Below, piece by piece: positions 9,696-19,500 of a stretch of DNA of 64,000 nucleotides. The notes beneath the pieces were generated by a model. It made no database searches, had not been told where the DNA came from, and was given only the letters and a program-made list of their open reading frames with translations. Origin of the DNA: Desulfobacterales bacterium (GTDB lineage: Bacteria > Desulfobacterota > Desulfobacteria > Desulfobacterales > UBA2245); contig JAXGZF010000007.1 of assembly GCA_040771865.1 (NCBI GenBank), positions 124,001-188,000 on the forward strand. The letters run 5' to 3'. The translations under genes were made by a program, and so were the position numbers. Position 1 is the stretch's first letter. Each line of letters starts with the position of its first letter.

Positions 9696-11270
9696 AAGAA
9701 TCAGTTCGGGGCCTGAATACTTGCGAAAAAGCGCTGCTTCGAATCCTTCACGGCACTGCCTGACGGCGAGAGGAAGCAATTCCAGAATATCCTGAGCGGT
9801 CATGCCGTCCGCGCCCTTTTCCAAGGCAGCCAGATCACCGGCCGCGCCATGGATGAAAACGCCCTGGCGAACGGCATTGGAAAGCGGCAGGCCCATGGTG
9901 AACATCGCAGCAATCGTTCCGGCAAGTACGTCGCCTGAACCCGCCGTAGCCATTCCGCTATTTCCGCTCAGATTGATAAATACCCGTTGATCGGGAGTCC
10001 CGACGAGGGAATGCGCGCCCTTCAACACGACAATCGCATTGAGCTTTTCCGCCGTTTCCTGCAGAATTTCCACCGGCCGGTCCAGAATTTGCGAAGCGGC
10101 AATACCGGTCAGCCGTGCCATCTCTCCCAGGTGAGGCGTCAAAACGGTCTGCGCCTTTCTTTTGGAAACTACCGGCAGATGACTGCAAACCGCCGTAATC
10201 CCGTCTCCGTCCAGCAGGAGAGGCCGTGAAATTTCCGCGGCCAGACGGCGCGTCAGTTCCTGAGTTTCCAGATTCAGAGAAAGCCCAGGTCCCAGAACGA
10301 CCATGTCCATTTTTTCGGCAATTTCCAGAAGTGCAGGCACATTCTCCAGCGAAATGCTGCCCGAAGAAGTCTGATTTTGGGGAATAAAGACAATCTCGCT
10401 GCCCTTGCTGGCCACAAAAGGAATCACGTCGGCCGGAGCGGCCAATCGGGAATACCCGCCGCCGGCTTTCAAAAACGAGAGGGCCGAAAAATACGGCGCG
10501 CCGTAATACCCGGACGCACCGGCAATAAACAGCACATCTCCGAAGGTTCCCTTATGCCCCCAGGCATTTCGCGGCGGCAGCGCCGGAGGTTCATTTATAG
10601 CGACCATCAGGTCATCTGCATCGAACAACTGTCGGGGAAAAGAGATATGGGTTGCGTACAGTTCTCCGCCATGGGCGTATCCAGGATACAGCAGATTTCC
10701 CAGTTTTGGCAGCCCGAATGTGACCGTATAATCGGCCTGAACGGCTGTACCCAGAACCTTCCCGTTATCTCCGCTCACTCCGGAAGCAATATCCAGGCTC
10801 AGCACCCTCCTGCCGCTGCCGTTGATCCGGTCAATCACCTCGGCATAGACCCCGGAAACCTCCCGAACCAGACCGGTTCCGAAAATTGCGTCCACAATTC
10901 CGTCGCACGAAAAGAGGTCGGATTCAACCTGATCCGCCGAGTCAACTTGCACAATCTCCAGAGGAATGCGTCGAATGATTTCCAGATTGGCTTTGGCAGC
11001 CCCCTGAAATTTATCAGGGTTCCCGATGATAAACACCCTGGCATGTCCGCCCCTGGAGTGTATCTTTCGCGCCACTACAAAGCCGTCTCCGCCGTTGTTG
11101 CCGATGCCGCAAAAGACGGCAAAACGTTTTCCGCTGATGCCGATCTTTTCGCTGAGCACATGAAAAGCGGCAAGACCCGCATTTTCCATCAATACGGTCT
11201 CGACAATTCCGAATCGTTCCACCGCGGTCTGGTCCATCTGCCTCATCTGTTCAACACTGCAAACCTTCAT
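9693..11270 (-). CDS. nnr: Bifunctional NAD(P)H-hydrate epimerase/dehydratase
   Basis: LMENAG, GNNGGDG, DAIFGTG, HKGTFG, LTPHLGEM, VLKGA, MATAGSGDVLAG; start at MKVCS with RBS. Confidence 0.95.
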   Translation of the reverse strand: MKVCSVEQMRQMDQTAVERFGIVETVLMENAGLAAFHVLSEKIGISGKRFAVFCGIGNNGGDGFVVARKIHSRGGHARVFIIGNPDKFQGAAKANLEIIRRIPLEIVQVDSADQVESDLFSCDGIVDAIFGTGLVREVSGVYAEVIDRINGSGRRVLSLDIASGVSGDNGKVLGTAVQADYTVTFGLPKLGNLLYPGYAHGGELYATHISFPRQLFDADDLMVAINEPPALPPRNAWGHKGTFGDVLFIAGASGYYGAPYFSALSFLKAGGGYSRLAAPADVIPFVASKGSEIVFIPQNQTSSGSISLENVPALLEIAEKMDMVVLGPGLSLNLETQELTRRLAAEISRPLLLDGDGITAVCSHLPVVSKRKAQTVLTPHLGEMARLTGIAASQILDRPVEILQETAEKLNAIVVLKGAHSLVGTPDQRVFINLSGNSGMATAGSGDVLAGTIAAMFTMGLPLSNAVRQGVFIHGAAGDLAALEKGADGMTAQDILELLPLAVRQCREGFEAALFRKYSGPELIL

Positions 11271-11404
11271 AATTTTCCTCATTGGGTTTTTGCGGTGCAA
11301 ATTATTCTGATTGGCATTTGCAAAATGCCGTCCATCCGAATCCGGCGCATTCTTCGCGTCATTTTTTAAGCTGGAAACCGCATCAACGACGAATTGATGA
11401 AATC

Positions 11405-12361
11405 TCAACCCCACAAAACCGGATCATCATCGAAATGATCAGCCACCGTGCGACCGATGGCATCCATTTGCGCCAAGTCTTCCGGCGCCAGCTTTATATC
11501 CGCTGCACGGGCGTTTTCCTCGGCTTGAACGGCGTCTCGGGCACCCGCGATCGCGCAGGTTCCGGGTTGCGCGCATACCCAGGCCAACGCCAGCTGCCCG
11601 ACGCTGACGCCGTACTGCTGAGCCAAGGGCCTGAGCCGGCTCAAGGCATCCTGCACACGCCTGAAATGCTCCGGCTGCATCAGCCGGTTGCGGCGGCGAT
11701 GATCTTTTCTGGCAAAACGATGGTCCTGACCGAACTTTCCGGTCAGCAACCCCTGGGCCATCGGCGAATAGGCCAGTATGGAGATTTCTTTGCCTCTGCA
11801 AAAAGGGGCCGCATCCCTTTCCACATGCCGCCAGAACAAGGAATACGGAGGCTGAAGGCTTTCGATGGGGCCGAAGCAAAGGGCTTCCCGCAGCTGACTT
11901 TCCGAAAAATTGGAAACCCCGACAGCGCGGATCTTTCCCTGGCGTTTCAGATCGTTCAAGGCCCGCATGGTTTCCTCGACAGGAACCGACCGGCTTCCCC
12001 AGGAGCCCGCCGGCCAGTGGATCTGATAAAGATCGATATAATCTGTCTTTAAATTATTGAGAGACCGATGACAGGCTTCAATTATCTGATCGAAGGCCAG
12101 ATGATGGCAGTGGACCTTGGTGGCGATCACCAGTCTGGAGCGCAGATGTCCCACCGCACTGGCGATCATCCGTTCGGAATGACCGTCGCCATAAGCTTCC
12201 GCCGTATCAATCGTCGTGACGCCGGCATCGACGGCCGCCTGAATCGCACGAAGGGTCTGTGAATCCTCGATTCCGGCCCACATGCTCTTCCCGGCCTGCC
12301 AGGTCCCCAGAATGACGGCTGAAATCTCGATACCGGTCTTGCCGAGCATGGCGTATTTCAT
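11405..12361 (-). CDS. Aldo/keto reductase
   Basis: IDTAEAYG, IATK, DYIDLYQIHWP, GKIRAVGVSNF, AYSPMAQGLLTGK. Confidence 0.95.
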   Translation of the reverse strand: MKYAMLGKTGIEISAVILGTWQAGKSMWAGIEDSQTLRAIQAAVDAGVTTIDTAEAYGDGHSERMIASAVGHLRSRLVIATKVHCHHLAFDQIIEACHRSLNNLKTDYIDLYQIHWPAGSWGSRSVPVEETMRALNDLKRQGKIRAVGVSNFSESQLREALCFGPIESLQPPYSLFWRHVERDAAPFCRGKEISILAYSPMAQGLLTGKFGQDHRFARKDHRRRNRLMQPEHFRRVQDALSRLRPLAQQYGVSVGQLALAWVCAQPGTCAIAGARDAVQAEENARAADIKLAPEDLAQMDAIGRTVADHFDDDPVLWG

Positions 12362-12527
12362 ATAATATTTTCTCCGGTGTTTTGATGCTCGATTTTACTT
12401 TCTAAGGCCTTGAGGCCTGCGAGGTCAAGCCAAAAGGATATCATTCAAAGACGTCGGCATTGAAATCGGCTTGTTAATGTCGCTATAATGACGCCGAAAA
12501 ATTCAAACCGGAAATCAGAAAAGGATC

Positions 12528-13037
12528 ATGCCAATGGAGCGAAAACCGATCATCGGCGTCATGGGCGGCGGACAGGCCGGCAGTGATGCGCTGAATCAGA
12601 GCTATCTGTTGGGAAGCCTCATCGCCAGGCAGGGCTGGATTCTGCTGAACGGCGGCAGAAATACAGGCGTCATGGACGCTTCGGCCAAGGGCGCACGGGA
12701 CCATGGCGGACTGACCATCGGCATTCTGCCGGATAGTGACCGGAGCAGAGTTTCGGATCATATTCTGATTCCCATTGTCACCGGAATGGGAAGCGCTCGA
12801 AACGCCATCAATGTACTATCGAGCGACGTGGTGGTGGCATGCCCCGGCGGGCCGGGCACCCTGTCTGAAATCGCTCTGGCCTTGAAAGCCGCCAAGCCCG
12901 TCATTCTGTTTCATTTTGATGCAGGTACTCTGCCGGACCGATTCGAGAAAACCGGACTGGTGCATCGTGCTGACACCGCGGAACAGGTTATTGAAATCAT
13001 TCAAATGCTTCGAACACAGGCCATCTTTTGCCGATAA
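12528..13037 (+). CDS. LOG/SMF-like Rossmann protein (TIGR00725 family)
   Basis: IIGVMGGG, GVMDASAKGA, TIGILP, GMGSARN, GTLSEIALA. Confidence 0.88.
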   Translation: MPMERKPIIGVMGGGQAGSDALNQSYLLGSLIARQGWILLNGGRNTGVMDASAKGARDHGGLTIGILPDSDRSRVSDHILIPIVTGMGSARNAINVLSSDVVVACPGGPGTLSEIALALKAAKPVILFHFDAGTLPDRFEKTGLVHRADTAEQVIEIIQMLRTQAIFCR

Positions 13038-13053
13038 CAAAATTCAACCGCAA

Positions 13054-13761
13054 CTATACGCTGTGCAATTCTTCTTGACGCCAGTGCCGCAGAATTGCCC
13101 CTGCCAGAACCAGATCCTCGGGAGTCGTGATTTTGATATTGAACCGACTTCCTGGAATCACCATCACGGGCTTTCCCATGCGCTCCACCAGAAAAGCGTC
13201 GTCCGTTCCCGTCACCCCGTCGGACCGGGCCTTTTCATGGGCGGACCGGATCAGGTCGCAGCGAAAAACCTGAGGCGTCTGGGCCAGCCAGATCGGTTCC
13301 CGAGAAAGGGTGTGAACGATTCGTCCGGATGCATCGACCTGTTTGAGCGAATCATGAGCGGGAATGCCAAGAATGCAGGCCCCCATGGCTTTTGCCCCAT
13401 GGATGCAGGCGATAATCTGCGCAGAGCTGACAAAAGGCCTGACCCCGTCATGTATGGCCACGATGCCCTCATCCGTCCCAATCGCTCTAAGCCCGTTGTA
13501 TACCGAATCCTGACGCCGCGGACCGCCGGCGACATGAAGAACGGGCTTTTTAAGCCCAAGGGAAGACGACAGTGAGGGGCCGTAAACCTCAACGTCGTTC
13601 TGAGGTACGACCCAGACCAGTTGATCGATGCGCGGACAGGCATCGAAGACTCTGAGAGTATGCGCCACTATTGGCAGACCATCCAAAGGAATATACTGTT
13701 TGGGGCGGGAATCCTTCATTCGGACGCCGCTGCCGCCGGCAACGATCAGGGCTGTGATCAT
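13054..13761 (-). CDS. ispD: 2-C-methyl-D-erythritol 4-phosphate cytidylyltransferase
   Basis: IVAGGSGVRM, PKQY, RQDSV, IHDGVRPF, AQTPQVF, TDDA, NIKITTPEDL. Confidence 0.96.
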   Translation of the reverse strand: MITALIVAGGSGVRMKDSRPKQYIPLDGLPIVAHTLRVFDACPRIDQLVWVVPQNDVEVYGPSLSSSLGLKKPVLHVAGGPRRQDSVYNGLRAIGTDEGIVAIHDGVRPFVSSAQIIACIHGAKAMGACILGIPAHDSLKQVDASGRIVHTLSREPIWLAQTPQVFRCDLIRSAHEKARSDGVTGTDDAFLVERMGKPVMVIPGSRFNIKITTPEDLVLAGAILRHWRQEELHSV

Positions 13762-13816
13762 AAAAGCAACACAATCGCATGATGCAAGGATGGAAACGAG
13801 AAACGGCCCGGTCCGA

Positions 13817-15106
13817 TCAGCGCAGGTAGCCAAGTTCCTGAGGCAGCGGAACGCCCTTTCCCATGGTGTCTTCTCCATAATTGACCCGGGCTAGAATCTG
13901 AAGGTCGTTCAATGCACGGGCATCACCCTCGAAAACCACTTCGGTAATTTTTTCTTTCTGAATCTTGCCGCCGGCCCATTGAATGTCCAGAACGCTTCCG
14001 GCATCAAAACGGTCAGGACCGATGCAAAGCTCCACCTGGCCGCCGTAATGCTGGACAATCTTGGCAACCAGCAGACTCGGCCTGCAGTGAAATCCCAGAT
14101 TCATCGGAATTCCTACCCGAAGGGTTCGGCGTTCGATGTTTTCGTTCAGCACGTTGCGGGCCAGTTCATTGCCGGTCGCCAGAAAATAACAGACATAATA
14201 CAGACCGTAATTCACGGTAAAATCCATCAGCTTTCTCGGGTCGATCAGGGCGGACAGCTTCTGCTGAACCTCTTTATAAATATTTTTATAGCCGGCTTCA
14301 TGCAGATGCCTTTCATAAAAATGCAGCATTCTGCCGATCATCTGCAGAAGGTGGAAAATCAACGAAATATTGCTTCTAAGCTGCTTGAGCCTGCGGTTTC
14401 CGAACCGGGACCCGCCGTAAATGACATAGGTATCAAAAGATGACTGGAGATTGTGCACCATCACCTCATAGCGCATGATCTCCACCTCGTTGACTTTTTC
14501 CGGAACCAGGGCCTCCATTTCCGCCTCATCAAAAGGACGGTACAACCCCAGTTGTTCGAAGCTTCTTGAAATGCTCAAAAATTCACTGGCAACTTTGACG
14601 ATGTGCTTTTTCTGCTGATCCCGGTCCTCATCATCAATATCGGATTCCAGTATCTCATCGGTTCTGACGCTCGGAAAATCCAAGGGAGTGAAATCTTTCG
14701 AAGGAAAAGGGATTCCCAGGCGCCGGGCCTCGTCAAGAATCACCGGCGCCATGTTGATCAGGCACTGGGTCAGAAAACCGATATTGGCTTCCCCTTGCTG
14801 TCTGAATTCTTCATCCTCAGGCAAATCATAAGACATCAGGCGATTGGCGATATGTCTCTGGGAATAGCCGGCGATACTCAAATGCCGAACCGCTGCGCTC
14901 AACTCCCGGTAGAAATACCAGTTTTTATTGTTTTTGGCGCCGTGAAAATCCAGAAAATCTTCAAGTAGTTGAGAAGAAGCAATCAGCGTGGAATAAAGCT
15001 TCTTGGTAAAATACCGGGAAGAGCGCTCAATGCGGCAAAGATAACTGCAGCATTTGAGATAATCATAGGAAAAAATTCTAAGATTCTCAAAAAAAAGCCC
15101 CGTCAT
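13817..15106 (-). CDS. Large helical protein with C-terminal HPr phosphocarrier domain
   Basis: C-terminal LGFHCRPSLLVAKIV and FDAGSVLDI resemble the HPr His15 and Ser46 regions; N-terminal ~320 aa not recognised. Confidence 0.75.
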   Translation of the reverse strand: MTGLFFENLRIFSYDYLKCCSYLCRIERSSRYFTKKLYSTLIASSQLLEDFLDFHGAKNNKNWYFYRELSAAVRHLSIAGYSQRHIANRLMSYDLPEDEEFRQQGEANIGFLTQCLINMAPVILDEARRLGIPFPSKDFTPLDFPSVRTDEILESDIDDEDRDQQKKHIVKVASEFLSISRSFEQLGLYRPFDEAEMEALVPEKVNEVEIMRYEVMVHNLQSSFDTYVIYGGSRFGNRRLKQLRSNISLIFHLLQMIGRMLHFYERHLHEAGYKNIYKEVQQKLSALIDPRKLMDFTVNYGLYYVCYFLATGNELARNVLNENIERRTLRVGIPMNLGFHCRPSLLVAKIVQHYGGQVELCIGPDRFDAGSVLDIQWAGGKIQKEKITEVVFEGDARALNDLQILARVNYGEDTMGKGVPLPQELGYLR

Positions 15107-15131
15107 GAATCACTCCGGTCATCTCCTTCAC

Positions 15132-16316
15132 CTATACTATCGACTCCTGAGTTTTTAAAATCGTCTGATCGAGCTTTTCCCTCAGATTTGCCGGCAACCC
15201 CTCGATGTCCACATTTAAAAACCCGCGCACAATAGTTGAAATCGCGGCCTCCTCGTCCAGGCCCCGGGCCATCAGGTATTCGATTTCGTCCCGATTGATT
15301 CGACCTACCGCCGCCTCATGGGACATTTCGACATCCGGAACATGGCCTTCCAGCTCCGGAACCGCCTTCATCAAGCCGTCGTTGAGAATCAAGCCCTTGC
15401 ACTCCAGGTGGGCCTTGACGCCTGCCACCTTGCCGACCAGATCGCCGCGGGCGATAATCGTGCCTCCGGAGGTAACGGACCTGGAAATAATTTCGGCCCG
15501 GGTTTCAGGCGCGCTGAGCACCACCCGCGATCCTACGTCCAGATGAGCGCCCTTGCCGGCTACCAGTACGCTGTTGTATCTGGCTACAGCGCCCCGGCCG
15601 TTCAGGTAGGTCGTGGGAAACATCTGCAGAGAACCCACGGGTCCGAGGGAGATATAATTCGATATGATCACGCCTCCCTCTTCAACGTGGGTGACGGTTC
15701 TGGGGCGCACATTGACCTGCTCTCCCCAGTCGTGAATCATGGTGAAAATCAGCTTGGCGCCCTTTTGAACGAAGAATTCGGAAACCCCTACATGCAGACC
15801 GGAAACCAGATGCGGCGATGTGGCGCAGCCGGTGATGATGTGCAGGGTAGATCCGGGCTCGGCGATGACGATATTGTGAACGGACTGGGCAAAACCTTCC
15901 TTGGCGATGTACAGGCAGGCCTGAACCGGGGTTTCGACGATCACGCCGGCGCGGGAACGGATAAAATAGCCTTCATGGGCGGACCTGGACGCCAGCGAGG
16001 TGAATTTATCGGTCTCTGGGGAAACGCTTTTCCACATATAATCGGAGAGCCATTCGTATTTTTCCCGCGCCTGGGATATTCCCATAACCTCAACGCCCTC
16101 GGAGCAACTCTGGCAATGCACAACCGATTTGTCCATCTGAATGAAGGTGGCGGATCGTCCGCTTTTCCGGGTGTCCACACCAACATCCAGAAACTGTCTG
16201 GCGTCGGTTTCATCTATCGCCGTCAATTCTTCAACGTACTGATGGGTTTCGGCATCCGTCTGATAATTTTCAAGATTGACGTCTTTGGTCCGATCTATAT
16301 CGTGCATTTGACACAC
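15132..16316 (-). CDS. sufB: SufB/SufD-family Fe-S scaffold (SmsB-like)
   Basis: VHNIVIAE, IITGC, HVGVSEF, HLECKGL, SHEAAVG, EYLMARGL. Confidence 0.9.
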   Translation of the reverse strand: MCQMHDIDRTKDVNLENYQTDAETHQYVEELTAIDETDARQFLDVGVDTRKSGRSATFIQMDKSVVHCQSCSEGVEVMGISQAREKYEWLSDYMWKSVSPETDKFTSLASRSAHEGYFIRSRAGVIVETPVQACLYIAKEGFAQSVHNIVIAEPGSTLHIITGCATSPHLVSGLHVGVSEFFVQKGAKLIFTMIHDWGEQVNVRPRTVTHVEEGGVIISNYISLGPVGSLQMFPTTYLNGRGAVARYNSVLVAGKGAHLDVGSRVVLSAPETRAEIISRSVTSGGTIIARGDLVGKVAGVKAHLECKGLILNDGLMKAVPELEGHVPDVEMSHEAAVGRINRDEIEYLMARGLDEEAAISTIVRGFLNVDIEGLPANLREKLDQTILKTQESIV

Positions 16317-17053
16317 TCCTCATACCCGTACTCCCGAATCCATTTCAGAATCTCTCTGGCATTTCTCGAACACCGCACCCTGCCGTTATAAAGCACATGG
16401 CCTTTATCCGCGGTAATATAGTCCAGAATATGGCCCGTATGGGTAATCACCAGAGCCGACTTGGCGCTGCTGGCAATCACGTCCTTGTGGGGCAATACGG
16501 TCGGCTGGCTGAGTCCTCTGCCCAACAGGGCGTTAATGGTCTCTCCCAGGAGCACAATGCTTTCCAGATCCACTCCGGACTCTGGCTCATCAAGCAGAAC
16601 GAGGTCGGGCTGCTGCGCCATCAACTGAAGCAATTCGGAACGCTTGATTTCGCCACCGGAAAAATTATGGTTCACATCGCGATCCAAAAAGTTCTTGAAG
16701 TTCAATCTCTCGGAAAGCGCTTCGACATCGACCTCACGGCCTCTGGCGCAGATTTCGACTATGGAACGGGTCTTCAGACCGTTGATGGTGGGCGGACGCT
16801 GAAAGGAAATCCCCACTCCCAGACGCGCACGTTCGTAAATGGGCATCCGGGTGATATCTTCGCCTTTGAAAACAATACGGCCCCGTGTAACGACGTATCC
16901 TCCAAACCCCATGATCGTCATCAAAAGCGAGGTCTTTCCACTTCCGTTGGGCCCAAAAAGAATATGGGTTTCTCCCTTCGGAATCTGCATATTGACGTTT
17001 TTAAGTATCGGTTTTCCTCCGACCTCAACAGCAAGTTCCTCAATCAACAGCAT
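16295..17053 (-). CDS. sufC: SufC-like ABC ATPase (SmsC-like) with C-terminal CxxC
   Basis: GPNGSGKT, FQRPP, FSGGEIKR, LLDEPESGVD, ITHTG; ends EECVKC. Confidence 0.9.
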   Translation of the reverse strand: MLLIEELAVEVGGKPILKNVNMQIPKGETHILFGPNGSGKTSLLMTIMGFGGYVVTRGRIVFKGEDITRMPIYERARLGVGISFQRPPTINGLKTRSIVEICARGREVDVEALSERLNFKNFLDRDVNHNFSGGEIKRSELLQLMAQQPDLVLLDEPESGVDLESIVLLGETINALLGRGLSQPTVLPHKDVIASSAKSALVITHTGHILDYITADKGHVLYNGRVRCSRNAREILKWIREYGYEECVKCTI

Positions 17054-17109
17054 AAGCGCTTCCTCAAAAAATTATATTGGCAAATTCCTCTTTCTGGATG
17101 ATTAAACGG

Positions 17110-17484
<375 letters not shown>

Positions 17485-17535
17485 ACCGTAATCATATAAT
17501 ATGCATCCTGTCCGGAATGTCGATCCGATCTGAAT

Positions 17536-18243
17536 TCAGGATTGGTCCCAGTAAAGCAGTCTTTCGCAATGCGGGCAAAATTTCAGGCTGTCGCATCTCT
17601 GAAGTTCGTTGTACATCTGCGGGGGAATATTCATATGGCATCCATAACACACCGAGCGTTTAACGGGTGCAATAAAGATCACGCCGACATCTTCCCTCAG
17701 CCTCAATATCTTTTTCATCAGATCCGGCGCAATCCTGTTGGAAACCTCGTGCCGCGATTCCTCCAGCCTGTCCATTTTCTTTCTGGAACCTTCGATTTCG
17801 GCTTCAATCAGCCTGCTTTGCGCGTCCAGCTTGCGCTTGAGATCTTCATATTCCCGTTTCTTATCAGCCAGAGCTCCTTCACCGGCCTCGATCCTGCCAA
17901 GAAGAGCGATCATTTCGTCTTCGATCAGGGAATTTTTGGATTTGATATCTTCGATTTCCTTTAAAAGGGCCTGATACTCCCGATTGTTCTTTATCGAGAA
18001 CAGTTTTGCCTCGCTTTTCTTGACATGATCCAGATTGTTCTGGACTTCGGATTCACAATTCCGGTACAATTTTTTTAAATCCATCAGCCCGGATTTTTCC
18101 GATTCTACCTCGCGTTCAAACGCTTCCGAACTTTCTTTAAGTTCCCGAATTCTTTCCGGAGCGCTCTCAATCACCCGACGCGTTTGGCTGATCTGAATTT
18201 CAATCTCCTGCAGCTTGACCATATTATCAATGGCGGATTTCAT
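17536..18243 (-). CDS. Coiled-coil protein with C4 zinc ribbon (DUF164 family)
   Basis: Long coiled coil with KNNREYQAL, CYGCHMNIPPQ and CPHCERLL; usual neighbour of nif3 and rnpB. Confidence 0.9.
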   Translation of the reverse strand: MKSAIDNMVKLQEIEIQISQTRRVIESAPERIRELKESSEAFEREVESEKSGLMDLKKLYRNCESEVQNNLDHVKKSEAKLFSIKNNREYQALLKEIEDIKSKNSLIEDEMIALLGRIEAGEGALADKKREYEDLKRKLDAQSRLIEAEIEGSRKKMDRLEESRHEVSNRIAPDLMKKILRLREDVGVIFIAPVKRSVCYGCHMNIPPQMYNELQRCDSLKFCPHCERLLYWDQS

Positions 18244-18294
18244 TCTCTGCTCCCGGATAGACTTCGAGCGTCATCTCTCCAATTCATTTTCAAT

Positions 18295-19116
18295 TTATAG
18301 CACCTCAAAAGGATCCCTTTCAAGACCGCAGGCTTTGACCGAAACCTTGAATCCCTGCCCGGCAAGCAGCGAACCGAGGCGCTCTGCAAGCACCTCGACG
18401 ATCAGGTGTTCGGAGCCAAAATGACCTATATCGATCAAGGCCCTTTTCTCGCTTTCAATGTTTCGGGCATCATGGTAGCGCAGATCTCCGCTGACATAGA
18501 CCTCGGCATTCGAGGCCAGGAAATCGTTCAGCAGACCTGAACCGCTTCCGGAACAAACCGCCACCCGGCGAACCATCAGTTCCGGGTTTCCGGAATACCG
18601 GACCATTGGAAGATTCAATTTTTTCTTAATCAAAGACGTAAAAGCCGCCAGTGGCATCGGACAGGGAAGATCGCCGATCCGGCCAAGTCCCTGAACTTCT
18701 TTATCCGGCGGTATGCACTCATCTCCGTCAACATGCAAAGCCTTGCGGCAGGTCAAACCGATTCGATCGCACAAAACATCGTTGACGCCTCCGGCCGCCT
18801 TGTCCAGGTTGGTGTGAGCCGCAAAAACAGAGATCCGATGAACGGCCGCGGTTTGTATTGCGGCGCCGATGGGCGAACAGAAGTCAACGGAATGAATCGG
18901 ATGAAAAATCAGAGGATGATGGGTGACAATCAGGTCAACCTGGTTGAGAGCTGCGGCGTCAACGATTGAGGGGTGAGGATCCAGGGCAACCCAGACAGTA
19001 TTTACCGGCCACTGCCGATGGCCGACCTGCAGACCGACATTATCCCAATCCTCCGATAGACTGGAAGGGCAGATTGCCTCCATGGCCCGGATAACGTCGG
19101 TCACTTTTGCGCTCAT
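18295..19116 (-). CDS. Nif3-like dinuclear metal centre protein (YbgI/YqfO)
   Basis: WDNVGLQVG, THHPLIF, AHTNLD, AVCSGSG, SGDLRYH, DIGHFGSE. Confidence 0.94.
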   Translation of the reverse strand: MSAKVTDVIRAMEAICPSSLSEDWDNVGLQVGHRQWPVNTVWVALDPHPSIVDAAALNQVDLIVTHHPLIFHPIHSVDFCSPIGAAIQTAAVHRISVFAAHTNLDKAAGGVNDVLCDRIGLTCRKALHVDGDECIPPDKEVQGLGRIGDLPCPMPLAAFTSLIKKKLNLPMVRYSGNPELMVRRVAVCSGSGSGLLNDFLASNAEVYVSGDLRYHDARNIESEKRALIDIGHFGSEHLIVEVLAERLGSLLAGQGFKVSVKACGLERDPFEVL

Positions 19117-19268
19117 GCCCGCGCCGCGTTTTGATTCCATCTCAAATGACTGAACCCTCTTGTACGTTCAACTGCTGCGCTTTTCAAACTTAAATTTCCT
19201 CAAGCATCCAGCCTGCATGCCGGCATGGGTTTGCACTCTCAAAACCCGGCAGTGTATCCGCACATTTC

Positions 19269-19302
19269 AAAAATAAAAAGGGCGCGCTATCAGCCACGCC
19301 CT
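19269..19302 (-). terminator. Rho-independent terminator downstream of the tRNA
   Basis: Minus strand AGGGCGTGGCT-GAT-AGCGCGCCCT followed by TTTTATTTTT. Confidence 0.6.
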
Positions 19303-19373
19303 AAATTTCCCCCATGGGCTCAGCACGAAAGCGCAGGCGGCTTTGCGCTTTTGCACCTATCGTGGAAAAACAG

Positions 19374-19446
19374 TGGGCCCACCTGGGTTCGAACCAGGGA
19401 CCGACCGGTTATGAGCCGGTGGCTCTTCCAGCTGAGCTATGGGCCC
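19374..19446 (-). tRNA. tRNA with CAT anticodon, most likely tRNA-Ile2 (lysidine); CCA not encoded
   Basis: GGGCCCATAGCTCAG...CCGGCT-CAT-AACCGG...GGTTCGAACCC...GGGCCCA; position after rpoD is typical of Ile2. Confidence 0.93.
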
Positions 19447-19468
19447 GCAAGTTCATGCAACCAGAACC

Positions 19469-19497
19469 TATCTAACGATAGAATGTTGTTTTGTCAA
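19469..19497 (-). promoter_or_regulatory. Sigma70-type promoter of the tRNA
   Basis: Minus strand TTGACA-N17-TAGATA just upstream of the tRNA. Confidence 0.55.
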
Positions 19498-19500
19498 GCA

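Noticed and set aside
19221..19235. GGCATGGGTTTGC as a sigma54 promoter
   Set aside because: GG-to-GC spacing is 9 rather than the required 10
19300..19360. Hairpin containing GCAAA/GCGCAAAGCC, suggestive of a c-di-GMP-I riboswitch
   Set aside because: It lacks the GAAA-tetraloop P2 and receptor arrangement; better explained as tRNA trailer hairpin plus terminator
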